From: an uncultured Gammaproteobacteria bacterium
GTDB lineage: Bacteria; Pseudomonadota; Gammaproteobacteria; Steroidobacterales; UBA11654
Length of the DNA stretch: 64,000 nt
Direction of reading: 5' to 3'
NCBI GenBank assembly: GCA_902634075.1
Contig: CACPJA010000004.1
Location: 613 to 64,612, forward strand
Each line of letters begins with the position of its first letter. Positions within the stretch are counted from its first letter, which is position 1. Below, in pieces: positions 46,068 through 57,574 of the stretch. The notes under the pieces were generated by a model. It saw only the letters and a program-made list of their open reading frames with translations. It did no database searches and was not told the origin of the DNA. The position numbers were made by a program, and so were the translations under genes.

Positions 46068-46811
46068 TTATTCTTTTAATTCTTTTTTATAATTATTTAA
46101 AAGAGTCTTTTGATCTTCTGATAATTCTATTTTATCTAATAGATCTGGTCTTTTCTCAAAAGTCTTGATCAAAGATTTCTTAATTCTCCATTTCTCAATA
46201 GCTTGATGGTCGCCACTCAGCAGGACTTCTGGAACAATCTCACCTCTAACATTCTCCGGCCTTGTGTAATGAGGATGTTCAAGTAGACCTAATGAAAAAG
46301 AGTCCTTGTTAGCGGATTCTGCGTCTCCTAATACACCTGGTATTAATCTAGAGACAGAATCTACGATGACTGCTGAAGGGATTTCTCCACCACTGAGTAC
46401 GTAATCCCCTATCGATAGCTCCATAGAATTATCAGTTAATTGTATTATTCTCTCGTCCAAACCTTCATAGCGAGCAGAAACAATAATAATATCTTTATAT
46501 TTCGAGAATTTCTGAGCATGCTTTTGAGTAAATTGTTCGCCTTGAGGTGTTAGAAACACAGTAAGAGTATCTTTTTCAGCTTGTTCTTTTGCTTCTTCAA
46601 TAGAAGATAATACTGGTTCGCACTGCATAACCATACCTGGACCACCACCATAAGGTTTATCGTCGATTGAACCGTAATCATTATCTGAGAACTTTCTAGG
46701 GTCTATTAGATTTAGCTCGATAGTATTTGTCTCTAAAGCTTTTCCAATAACCCCATATTTAAGGGATTTTTCCAATTGGTCAGAGAAGATTGTAATAATA
46801 TGAAATTTCAT
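46068..46811 (-). CDS. trmD: tRNA (guanine37-N1)-methyltransferase
   Basis: DDKPYGGGPGMVM and SIGDYVLSGGE. Position in the rpsP-rimM-trmD-rplS operon. Confidence 0.95.
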   Translation of the reverse strand: MKFHIITIFSDQLEKSLKYGVIGKALETNTIELNLIDPRKFSDNDYGSIDDKPYGGGPGMVMQCEPVLSSIEEAKEQAEKDTLTVFLTPQGEQFTQKHAQKFSKYKDIIIVSARYEGLDERIIQLTDNSMELSIGDYVLSGGEIPSAVIVDSVSRLIPGVLGDAESANKDSFSLGLLEHPHYTRPENVRGEIVPEVLLSGDHQAIEKWRIKKSLIKTFEKRPDLLDKIELSEDQKTLLNNYKKELKE

Positions 46812-46815
46812 TCCG

Positions 46816-47328
46816 TCACTCTATTTCAGGCCAGTCTATAGATATGAATTCTTTAACCAAGTCTACTTTTCTTATCACCTCTTCCATAATAAAAGGCACT
46901 AAGAATCTTTCTTTATTTTCGTTAACTATAACCAAAACATCGTTCGAACCAGTCTCAAACAAAGAATCAACTTTTCCTATTTGCTTACCTTTTTTATCCA
47001 ACACAGGTAAGTCCAATAAATCGTTCCAATAGTAGGTGTTTTTCTCTAGCTTTGGTAGATCTATACGAGAAACTAAAATTTCTTTGTTTTTCAAATCTTC
47101 TGCACTATTTCGATCTTGAATACCATCAAGTTTGACAATGATTCTTTTACCCTGAATCCTAAAATCTTCAATAGAAAATGGTTTCATACCTTCCTCATTG
47201 ATAATAAACCATTCTTTATAGGAAAGAATATTCTCTAGTGGGTCGGTGTATGAGATAACTTTTACCCAGCCTTTGATTCCGTGTGGACTAGAAACCTTAC
47301 CGACAAATACATTTTTATCATTCTTCAT
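46816..47328 (-). CDS. rimM: 16S rRNA processing protein RimM
   Basis: VGKVSSPHGIKGWVKV start and a PRC-barrel C-terminus. Operon position. Confidence 0.9.
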   Translation of the reverse strand: MKNDKNVFVGKVSSPHGIKGWVKVISYTDPLENILSYKEWFIINEEGMKPFSIEDFRIQGKRIIVKLDGIQDRNSAEDLKNKEILVSRIDLPKLEKNTYYWNDLLDLPVLDKKGKQIGKVDSLFETGSNDVLVIVNENKERFLVPFIMEEVIRKVDLVKEFISIDWPEIE

Positions 47329-47375
47329 GACAAAACATTAATAAAGGATTCTGGTAGATTTTGGTGAAGAGCTTT

Positions 47376-47810
47376 TTAAGCTGAATCATCCTTATCTTTT
47401 TTAGTTTCTTCCTCTTCAGCTGCTTCAGGTTCAGCCTCGGTTTCTGCCTTAGCTTCCTCAGCTGGAGCTTCCTCTTCAGCTGCTTCTCGAAGTTTTAATT
47501 TAAGTTCATCTCTTTTAGATTTCTTTTTGGCTAACTTGACTTGCCTTTGAGAGTCTCTCTCTTCTCTAGATAGATGATTCAATTTAATTATATTCTTAAC
47601 TCTATCACTCACTTGTGCACCGACTGATTCCCAATAGGCCAATCTTTCTTGATCTATCTTAATATCCTCATCTTTACCAGTGGCGTCGGGGTTATAAAAA
47701 CCTAGTCTCTCAATATACTTACCATCTCTCGAGCTTCTACTATTGGTTGCAACAATATGATAGAAAGGTCGCTTCTTTGAGCCACCTCTTGATAACCTGA
47801 CTTTAACCAT
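47376..47810 (-). CDS. rpsP: 30S ribosomal protein S16 with ~60-aa charged C-terminal extension
   Basis: [29 protein letters not shown] is canonical S16. Residues ~83-144 are K/E/A-rich ([26 protein letters not shown]). Confidence 0.95.
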   Translation of the reverse strand: MVKVRLSRGGSKKRPFYHIVATNSRSSRDGKYIERLGFYNPDATGKDEDIKIDQERLAYWESVGAQVSDRVKNIIKLNHLSREERDSQRQVKLAKKKSKRDELKLKLREAAEEEAPAEEAKAETEAEPEAAEEEETKKDKDDSA

Positions 47811-47956
47811 TTTCTTTTCTCACAATAAATTTAAATAATGTTGAGTATGGCGCGGAATTGTACGGTAATTTTAACTATTGTTCCACAATGTTTTCTTGAC
47901 AGAGTTCGCTATGATAATCAAAATACAATTAATTAAACAATAAAGGAGTCGCTTCA

Positions 47957-49243
47957 TTGGGCGATGACATACCGCTAGAACCGCTATTTATACTTCTAGC
48001 TATACTCTTAATACTATCAGCATTCTTTGCTGCTACGGAGACTGCTCTGATGAGAGTCAACAAATACCGTATCAGGCATTTAGCTCGAAAGGGCAACAGA
48101 AATGCTGTATTAGCTGAAAAACTTCTTAAGCAACCGGAAAAATTGATAGCTTTTATCCTGTTTGGCAATAACCTAGTAAACTTTGTTGCTGCTTCTATTG
48201 TGGGTGTGATTTCAATGGAGATAGGGGGCCCTACTGGTGTCGCAGTGGGAACCATTCTTTTAACAATCATTGTCTTGTTGATTGCAGAATCACCCCCTAA
48301 AACACTGGCTGCCCTATTCCCCGAGAAAATTGCATTGCCTGCTAGTCGTTTTTATTACCCAATGGTAAAAATATTTAAGCCGCTGTATTTTTTCATTAAC
48401 TTCTTTACCAATATCATTCTTAAATTACTGGGGTCTCAACCAGATAATAATGATGAAAAGCTTTCGATTGATCAACTAAAAACACTAATCTCTGACGGAA
48501 TGACAAAAACTTCTATCGATCGTCAAAAAATCATGATGGGAGTTTTGGACCTTGGCAATATAACAGTTGAAGATATTATGCTTCCCCATAATGAAATAGT
48601 TGGCATAGATTTAAATGCATCCAATCAAACTAACAGAAAAATAATTGAAGGTAATTTTCATTCCTCACTGCCTGTGTATAGTGATGTTTTAGATAACTTA
48701 AAAGGTGTTTTAGATCTCAATGAGTTTCTAAAAGATGTTGACCTTTCTTCTTTTGATAATAGTTTATTAAGAAAATATATGAAAAAAGCATACTTTATCC
48801 CAGAAAAGACTACGCTTAGCCAACAACTAGTTGAATTCAAAAATAATAATCAAAAAACTGGATTTGCTGTCGATGAATATGGAAACATTCAGGGCTTAAT
48901 CACTATTGAAGACATATTTGAAGAAATTGTTGGTGACTACCTTGAAGAAACAAAAAAATTAAATAAAGAAATAAGACCAAAAAGAGTTGGCGATTATTTT
49001 GTTGTTAATGCATCTTCAAACATCAGAGTTCTAAATAAAATCATGGGTTGGAATATACCAGTCGATGAAGCAAAGACTATTAATGGTGCGATTTTAGAGA
49101 ATCTTGGCTATATTCCAGAAGTTGATTTTGAATTTAAGCTAGGTGAGTACTTATTTACCATTATAAGCACTAAAGAAAATGCAGTGGAAACAGTAAAAGT
49201 TAAGAATATAAAAGATAACTATAAACTAAAGGTTGTTTCCTAA
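47957..49243 (+). CDS. CNNM/HlyC-CorC family transporter-associated protein (DUF21 - CBS pair - CorC_HlyC)
   Basis: TTG start with AAGGAG 8 nt upstream. SAFFAATETAL DUF21 signature, CBS region, and C-terminal transporter-associated domain. Equivalent position to E. coli yfjD near ffh-rpsP. Confidence 0.85.
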   Translation: MGDDIPLEPLFILLAILLILSAFFAATETALMRVNKYRIRHLARKGNRNAVLAEKLLKQPEKLIAFILFGNNLVNFVAASIVGVISMEIGGPTGVAVGTILLTIIVLLIAESPPKTLAALFPEKIALPASRFYYPMVKIFKPLYFFINFFTNIILKLLGSQPDNNDEKLSIDQLKTLISDGMTKTSIDRQKIMMGVLDLGNITVEDIMLPHNEIVGIDLNASNQTNRKIIEGNFHSSLPVYSDVLDNLKGVLDLNEFLKDVDLSSFDNSLLRKYMKKAYFIPEKTTLSQQLVEFKNNNQKTGFAVDEYGNIQGLITIEDIFEEIVGDYLEETKKLNKEIRPKRVGDYFVVNASSNIRVLNKIMGWNIPVDEAKTINGAILENLGYIPEVDFEFKLGEYLFTIISTKENAVETVKVKNIKDNYKLKVVS

Positions 49244-50625
49244 ATCTGCTCGTATTCTGGTACCCAATTCTCAAATTTAGTGTATCTACCAAGAAATGTA
49301 AGGTTAAATTGGCCGATACTACCGTTTCTTTGTTTTGCAACATTAATCAATGCGACGCCTTTTTTATCTGTATCGGGATCATAAACCTCTTCTCTATAAA
49401 TAAAGGCAATAAGATCAGCATCCTGTTCAATTGCTCCAGACTCTCTTAAATCTGACATTTGTGGTTGCTTATCAGTCCTCTGCTCAACGCTCCGATTGAG
49501 CTGAGACAATGCTATGATTGGGATATTGAGTTCTCTTGCTAAGGCTTTTAGATTCCTAGAGATTTCTGAAATCTCTGTTGCTCTATTTTCCTTATTACCA
49601 TGTACTGACATAAGCTGAAGGTAATCAATTACAATTAATGATAGACCTTTTTCTCTTTGTATTCTTCTTGCTCTAGCCCTAAGCTCAATTGGTGTTAGTG
49701 AGGGTGTATCATCTATGTATATTGGTGCATTTTTTATCTGTTGAATTGCACCATCAACTCTATTCCAGTCTTTTTCTTCTAACTGTCCCGTCTTTATTGA
49801 ATGAGCATTTATTCTACCCAATGAAGAAATCATTCTTTGAGCTAATGAGCTGGCAGACATCTCCATACTAAAAATAGCCACAGGATTTTCATCTGCAAGT
49901 GCGGTGTGTTCTGCAATATTCAATGCGAATGCTGTCTTACCCATAGAGGGTCTGCCTGCAATGATTATTAATTCTCCGTTTTGAAGACCGGCTGTCAGAT
50001 TATCCAATTCTCTAAACCCTGATGAGACACCAGTAATTTTTCCACCGCCTTGAGATCTCTTGTCAAGCTCATCATAGGTTTGTTTAACGAGATCGCTCAT
50101 TTCAGCAAAAACCATATTCCGGTTTCCTCTCTCGGCAATCTCAAAAATGTGAGACTCTGCTATATCAACTAACTCAGAAGGTGATTTCCCTTCAGGCTTA
50201 TAAGCGCTTTGTGCAATCTCAGAACTGATTTGTATTAACTCTCTAAGCAGTGCTTTCTCTCTTATAATCTTGGCATATTCAGTTATATTGGAATTGCCAG
50301 CAGTGCTCTCAACAATTTCGCTTAAATATTCTATTGAAGGCTTAGGGTCAAATTCTGTGGATGAATCTAGGTAATCAGAAACTGTAAGAAGATCAGTGAT
50401 TTTTGACTCCTCTGACAGACTCTGAATAACCTTAAAGACCTCTTTGTTTTCAGTGTGATAAAAATCTCTTTCTGAAACAATATCAGCAATTTTGTCATAG
50501 GCTTGGTTTTCAGAATCCAATAATAAACCACCAATAAGAGCGGCTTCTGCATCTGTTGAATGAGGTGGTAATGATAATTGACCTAATGACTCTATATTTT
50601 GTTTGGATTCAGCTGCCTTTGCCAT
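49240..50625 (-). CDS. dnaB: Replicative DNA helicase DnaB
   Basis: LPPHSTDAEAALIGGLL, Walker A AGRPSMGKTAFALN, IVIDYLQLM, SQLNRSVEQR. Confidence 0.95.
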   Translation of the reverse strand: MAKAAESKQNIESLGQLSLPPHSTDAEAALIGGLLLDSENQAYDKIADIVSERDFYHTENKEVFKVIQSLSEESKITDLLTVSDYLDSSTEFDPKPSIEYLSEIVESTAGNSNITEYAKIIREKALLRELIQISSEIAQSAYKPEGKSPSELVDIAESHIFEIAERGNRNMVFAEMSDLVKQTYDELDKRSQGGGKITGVSSGFRELDNLTAGLQNGELIIIAGRPSMGKTAFALNIAEHTALADENPVAIFSMEMSASSLAQRMISSLGRINAHSIKTGQLEEKDWNRVDGAIQQIKNAPIYIDDTPSLTPIELRARARRIQREKGLSLIVIDYLQLMSVHGNKENRATEISEISRNLKALARELNIPIIALSQLNRSVEQRTDKQPQMSDLRESGAIEQDADLIAFIYREEVYDPDTDKKGVALINVAKQRNGSIGQFNLTFLGRYTKFENWVPEYEQI

Positions 50626-51165
50626 TTATTCTGATACTTCGTCGATTTCATTTTCATTAATAGGACTATCGATATTATCGTCTTCCTCTTCAGAATCCAA
50701 AGTATTTTTTATAGCTACTTCTCCTCCAACAATTTCTACATTAATTTTTACTTGTATTTCAGGATGAAAGATAAGATTAACTTCGTGATCTCCAATGGTT
50801 TTTATTGCTCCATCAGGTAAATTAATCAGACTTCTCTCTAGCTCAAAGCCCTTATCTTTTGCTGCATTAGCTATATCTACGGTACCTATTGATCCGTACA
50901 ATGTGCCCTCTTCAGTAACATTGGCCTCTATAGTTAAAGAAAGATTTTCAAATTTAGAAGATTGCTCTCTCAAAATAACTAGTTCCTGTTCTTGCTTGCG
51001 CTGCAGTTCTTCTTTTTGAGTTTCAAGATTCTTGAGATTTTCCTTAGTCGCAAAAGCAGCTTTACCTTGTGGGACAAGATAATTCCTCCCGTAACCAGGC
51101 TTAACAGTTACTACATCTCCAATCTTGCCGAGATTCTGTATATCTTCTTTTAATATGACTTCCAT
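50626..51165 (-). CDS. rplI: 50S ribosomal protein L9 with acidic C-terminal tail
   Basis: MEVILKEDIQNLGKIGDVVTVKPGYGRNYLVPQGKA. ~30 extra acidic residues at the C-terminus. Confidence 0.9.
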   Translation of the reverse strand: MEVILKEDIQNLGKIGDVVTVKPGYGRNYLVPQGKAAFATKENLKNLETQKEELQRKQEQELVILREQSSKFENLSLTIEANVTEEGTLYGSIGTVDIANAAKDKGFELERSLINLPDGAIKTIGDHEVNLIFHPEIQVKINVEIVGGEVAIKNTLDSEEEDDNIDSPINENEIDEVSE

Positions 51166-51179
51166 ATTCGTTGCCTTAA

Positions 51180-51446
51180 TTATGAATGTTGGTCCGTGAA
51201 TGGCAACAGAGCTAAATATCTAGCCCTTTTAATTGCCACAGCCAACTGCTTTTGATAATGACTCTTCGTTCCAGTAATTCTTCTAGGAATAATTTTACCA
51301 GTCTCAGTAATATATTTTTTGAGTAAATCAATGTCTTTGTAATCAATCTTCTCAATTCCTTTAGCTGTAAAGAAACAATATCTGTTTTTATTCCTATTAA
51401 GGTTCTTTTTTCTTTTGAAGCCTTTTTTATTCTTTGATCTTTTCAT
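51180..51446 (-). CDS. rpsR: 30S ribosomal protein S18
   Basis: [50 protein letters not shown]. Basic N-terminal extension. The start overlaps the rpsF 3' end by 20 nt. Confidence 0.9.
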   Translation of the reverse strand: MKRSKNKKGFKRKKNLNRNKNRYCFFTAKGIEKIDYKDIDLLKKYITETGKIIPRRITGTKSHYQKQLAVAIKRARYLALLPFTDQHS

Positions 51447-51936
51447 CTTCTTCTTCCGTTTTTTCTTCAGTCTTTTCTGGAGTATCTTCAGGTTGGATTT
51501 CTAACTTTTCTTCTTTTACTGGTTCTACTTTTGTTTCAATAGATTCTTTTTGAATATTATCCGAGCTTTCCATCTTGCCTTTTGAAGATTCTTTCTTTTT
51601 AATATCAGATTCTTTGTTGTTTGCTAGAAAAAGTTTAGACGCTTCTGTTTCAGCTTTAGCTGTTTTAACTAGAAGATACCTCATTATTGAATCATTAAAT
51701 TTGAATGAGTTTTCCAACTCATTAATTACATTATCATCACACTCTATGTTTAATAAAACATAATGCGCTTTGTGCATATCTTGAATTGTGTAAGCAAGTT
51801 GAAGCCTACCAATATCCTCAACCCTATGGATATTTCCATTAGCTTTTTTAATGATTTCCTGATATCGATTTAACATTTCAGGAACCTGATCACTCTGATC
51901 TGGGTGAACTAGCAATACTAACTCGTAATGTCTCAT
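51427..51936 (-). CDS. rpsF: 30S ribosomal protein S6 with long acidic C-terminal tail
   Basis: [23 protein letters not shown] core. ~65-aa K/E-rich tail. Confidence 0.9.
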   Translation of the reverse strand: MRHYELVLLVHPDQSDQVPEMLNRYQEIIKKANGNIHRVEDIGRLQLAYTIQDMHKAHYVLLNIECDDNVINELENSFKFNDSIMRYLLVKTAKAETEASKLFLANNKESDIKKKESSKGKMESSDNIQKESIETKVEPVKEEKLEIQPEDTPEKTEEKTEEEDEKIKE

Positions 51937-52036
51937 AGTTTTACCTTTTGGTTAAAGCCACCTTATAGATTCTATAAATGCAGCAAGGTTAATAATTTAG
52001 ATGGCGATCCTACTAGAATTATTAATAATTTTCAAA

Positions 52037-54080
<2,044 letters not shown>

Positions 54081-54266
54081 TTATATAAAATTAAGAATAA
54101 TGACACCAAGAATGATTAATGCAAGTCCAATCAATCTAACTGCATTATCATTAACCTCGAGCATTTGAAGTAAAAGACTTTTATAAAATTTCGGAGCAAT
54201 AAAAGGTAGTAAGCCTTCAAGTATCAGGAAACAAGCGATAGCAATAAATAATACCTCGTAACCCAT
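54081..54266 (-). CDS. DUF2065 family small membrane protein (YjeT-like)
   Basis: 61 aa with two hydrophobic helices. Conserved position between hflC and purA, as for E. coli yjeT. Confidence 0.7.
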   Translation of the reverse strand: MGYEVLFIAIACFLILEGLLPFIAPKFYKSLLLQMLEVNDNAVRLIGLALIILGVIILNFI

Positions 54267-54280
54267 TCTAGTGGTATTAC

Positions 54281-55144
54281 CTAATCTTCTGGTGACTGAT
54301 TATTTAAATACTTAAAGAAATCTCCTTCACCATCCAAAACCAATATGTCATTTGAGGTACCTATAGAGTTCTTATAGGCCTGAATACTTCTATAAAATGA
54401 GTAAAACTCTTGATCTTGGTTATACGCTGAAGCATAAATATTAGCCGATGTAGCATCACCATCACCTCTTATTGTCTGTGACTCTCTATAGGCGTTAGCA
54501 AGGATAACTGTTCTTTCACGATCTGCTCCCGCTCTAATCTTTGTGGCTGATTCACTACCCTCTGCTCTTAGCTCAGAAGCAATTCTAGCTCTCTCTTGTC
54601 TCATTCTGTTGTATACAGACTCACTTACCTCATCTGATAATTCTATCTTTTTAACGCGAACATCTATCAGATTTATCCCTAATGTTTTTGCATTCATTGC
54701 CGCGTCACTGAGCATCTCTGACATGATCTCTCTTCGTTCTTTTGAGACCACTTCTATAACGGTCCTTTTAGCAAATTCAGATCGAATCCCATCTTTTACA
54801 GTTTCAAGAAGTCGCTGTGATGCTACCAGTTCATCTCCTCCTGTTGAGCGATAATATTCTTGAGGGTCAGCTATCTTCCATTTAATGAAAAAATCAACGT
54901 ATAGGTTTTTCTTTTCTTGAGTTAAAAATAATTCCTGAGGGTTATTTATAGTTAGTATTTGTTTAGAAAACTTCTGAACATTATTAACAAATGGTGTCTT
55001 AAAATGTAACCCTGGTTCATATTCACTTGCGATAATTTCACCAAATCTAAATTTCAGAGCATGCTCTCTCTCATCAACTGTAAATAGAGCATTAGAAATA
55101 ACAACAAAAATAAAAATAAGCCCAAAAATAAATATATTCCTCAT
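54281..55144 (-). CDS. hflC: Protease modulator HflC
   Basis: N-terminal TM segment and SPFH/band-7 domain. Follows hflK with shared-nucleotide coupling. Confidence 0.9.
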   Translation of the reverse strand: MRNIFIFGLIFIFVVISNALFTVDEREHALKFRFGEIIASEYEPGLHFKTPFVNNVQKFSKQILTINNPQELFLTQEKKNLYVDFFIKWKIADPQEYYRSTGGDELVASQRLLETVKDGIRSEFAKRTVIEVVSKERREIMSEMLSDAAMNAKTLGINLIDVRVKKIELSDEVSESVYNRMRQERARIASELRAEGSESATKIRAGADRERTVILANAYRESQTIRGDGDATSANIYASAYNQDQEFYSFYRSIQAYKNSIGTSNDILVLDGEGDFFKYLNNQSPED

Positions 55145-56259
55145 TATCTTACCCTCCTCATCCTAGGATCTTGATTTTGATTCTGCTGAGAAGAGTTATT
55201 GCTTGAACTGTTAGGTATAGGGGTACTTGATGTCTGGTCTCTCTTATTTTGCTCTAGCAATTTATCAATCGGCAAATATATTAGATTGCCGCTACCATCT
55301 GAATCCATTAGAACTTTATTTGAATTTGAGTAAACACTCTCTATGGCCTCAATATAAAGTCGGTCACGAGTTACTTTAGGCGCAAGCTGATATTCAACTA
55401 ATAATTTATTAAAGCGGTCTGCATCACCTTCTGAATCAGCAATTACTTTAGCCTTATAGGCTTCTGCCTCTTGGACCATCCTCGCAGCCTCTCCTCTAGC
55501 TTTAGGAACTATATCATTGGCGTATGCTTCAGCTTCAAATGCAAATCTTTCCTTGTCCTCTCTAGCTTTGATCGCATCCTGGACAGCATCTTCAACTTGA
55601 AGTGGGAAATTAGCATCTTGAAGATTGACTTTGGTTATCACGATGCCTGTCCCATATTCATTTAAGGTCTTCTGAATTAGGTCTTGAGTTAGGACTGCAA
55701 TTTCACTTCTACCCTCAGTTAAAATAAAATCTAACTTGGTCTTTCCCGCGACTTCCCTTATTGCGCCTTCACTCACTTCACTTAACGTTTCCTCTGCATC
55801 ACGAACATTAAACAAGTAATCCGTTGGATTGGTTTTTCTGTATTGAACAACAAGATCAACCACAATAATATTCTCATCAGAAGTAAGCATAGTTGTTTGT
55901 TGCTTAAATCGATTAACAACGTTGACATTGACAATCTCAACTGACTCAACAGGCCAAGGTATGTGCCACTTCAGTCCTGGTGTCGTTGTTTGAGTGTATT
56001 CACCAAATCTAAGCACTACTCCTCTTTCTGAGTCATCTACCTGATATAAACCTGTGAGAAGCCAAAGAAATAGGCCCATTAGAACTAATAGAGATGAAGG
56101 AGGCCCTTTTCTACTATTTCCACCTCCTGATCCTGACTTAGCGCCAAAGAGTTGATTGAAACGCTTTTGCCATTCATCAACTATTTGATCCAAATCAGGT
56201 GGCTGATCCTTATTAGAATCCCATGGTGACTTACCATTACCTTGATCATTAAATGCCAT
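55144..56259 (-). CDS. hflK: Protease modulator HflK
   Basis: PWD..PPDLDQ N-terminus, TM segment, SPFH domain (GVVLRFGEY..PGLHW-like), and an S/N/Q-rich tail. Confidence 0.9.
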   Translation of the reverse strand: MAFNDQGNGKSPWDSNKDQPPDLDQIVDEWQKRFNQLFGAKSGSGGGNSRKGPPSSLLVLMGLFLWLLTGLYQVDDSERGVVLRFGEYTQTTTPGLKWHIPWPVESVEIVNVNVVNRFKQQTTMLTSDENIIVVDLVVQYRKTNPTDYLFNVRDAEETLSEVSEGAIREVAGKTKLDFILTEGRSEIAVLTQDLIQKTLNEYGTGIVITKVNLQDANFPLQVEDAVQDAIKAREDKERFAFEAEAYANDIVPKARGEAARMVQEAEAYKAKVIADSEGDADRFNKLLVEYQLAPKVTRDRLYIEAIESVYSNSNKVLMDSDGSGNLIYLPIDKLLEQNKRDQTSSTPIPNSSSNNSSQQNQNQDPRMRRVR

Positions 56260-56273
56260 ATCTTATTAAACTC

Positions 56274-57566
56274 CTAACTAAAATTATATTCACTCAGAGA
56301 ATCGCTTATTTTACTCTCAAAAGCTTTTATTTTTTTATTTTTTTTCATTCTTGATAAATTTTTATCATCAATCTGAATTTTTAATTCTAATGTATTTTCA
56401 TCAATAAGACACTCCTCTAATACATTCGAAATATTATAAATTTCAGATCTTATTTTAGACTCATTGACTCCAATCCTTATTATGGTGTCAATCGGTTGTG
56501 GATTAATTTTACTGGAGATTGATTCAAGCAATAAGTTGATACCTGTTCCATTTTTAGCAGAAATTTGGATATGATCAAATGTGTTGACTGTTTTTAAATC
56601 TGCATTAACTAAATCAGATTTATTATAAGCATAAATTACTGGTATTTGATCGGCACCAATTTCTTTTAAGATCTTCTCCACAGATTGTTTATGCTGAAGC
56701 ATAGAGCGATCAGTTGAATCGAGAACATGCAAGATAAGATTAGCACTGCTTACTTCTTCTAATGTTGAAAGAAAGGCTTCGATTAGCTCTTTGGGTAACT
56801 CCCTTATAAATCCAACAGTATCGCTAATAATAACCTTTCTTTTCTTTGAAATATTGATTGGTCTAAATACAGGATCTAATGTGGCAAACATTTTGTCTGC
56901 TACTAAAGTATTTGAATTACTCAATGTATTAAATAAAGTCGATTTCCCTGCATTAGTGTACCCAACTAAGGCTACATTTTTCATTAGTTTATTTCGTGAT
57001 TTCCTGTTAGTTAGTCTTTGTGTTCTTAATTTTCTCAGCTTTAATTCAATTGATTTAATTCTCTTGTTCAAAAGACGTCTGTCAGTTTCTAATTGCTTTT
57101 CACCAGGTCCTCTAAGCCCGATACCCCCCTTTTGCCGTTCCAAATGTGTCCAGCCTCTTACCAGTCTGGTAGAGAGATGTTTAAGTTGAGCCAGTTCCAC
57201 TTGCAGCTTACCACTGTTGGTTTTTGCTCGTTTTGCAAAAATATTTAGTATTAATCTTGATCGATCTATAACTGGTTTCTTGAGGATTTTTTCTAGATTT
57301 CGTTCCTGAGAGGCTGATAATCCTCTATTAAATATGATTAGATCAGCATCAATGTTTTCAAGATCCTTGCTTATTGTCTCTATCTTACCCTTACCAATTA
57401 ATGTGTTTCGATTGAAAACCCTTGAATTAACATAAGCAATCCCATTAATTGATGCTCCGGTAGATAAGGTCAGAGAAATAAATTCTTCATTGTCATTTTC
57501 AATAGACCCTTTAGGTGAATTGACAACAACTAGGTAGGTTTTTATTTTTGATAAAGAATTATTCAA
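56274..57566 (-). CDS. hflX: GTPase HflX
   Basis: G1 VGYTNAGKSTLFN, DTVGFI and NKSD. HflX N-terminal domain LNIFAKRAKT..KLQVELAQL. Confidence 0.9.
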   Translation of the reverse strand: MNNSLSKIKTYLVVVNSPKGSIENDNEEFISLTLSTGASINGIAYVNSRVFNRNTLIGKGKIETISKDLENIDADLIIFNRGLSASQERNLEKILKKPVIDRSRLILNIFAKRAKTNSGKLQVELAQLKHLSTRLVRGWTHLERQKGGIGLRGPGEKQLETDRRLLNKRIKSIELKLRKLRTQRLTNRKSRNKLMKNVALVGYTNAGKSTLFNTLSNSNTLVADKMFATLDPVFRPINISKKRKVIISDTVGFIRELPKELIEAFLSTLEEVSSANLILHVLDSTDRSMLQHKQSVEKILKEIGADQIPVIYAYNKSDLVNADLKTVNTFDHIQISAKNGTGINLLLESISSKINPQPIDTIIRIGVNESKIRSEIYNISNVLEECLIDENTLELKIQIDDKNLSRMKKNKKIKAFESKISDSLSEYNFS

Positions 57567-57574
57567 ATCATCCT

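Noticed and set aside
47896-47925. TTGACA hexamer upstream of the CNNM-family gene as a sigma-70 promoter.
   Set aside because: The only hexamer at 17-nt spacing is CAAAAT, and the better GATAAT is only 11 nt away. This is too ambiguous to annotate as a promoter.
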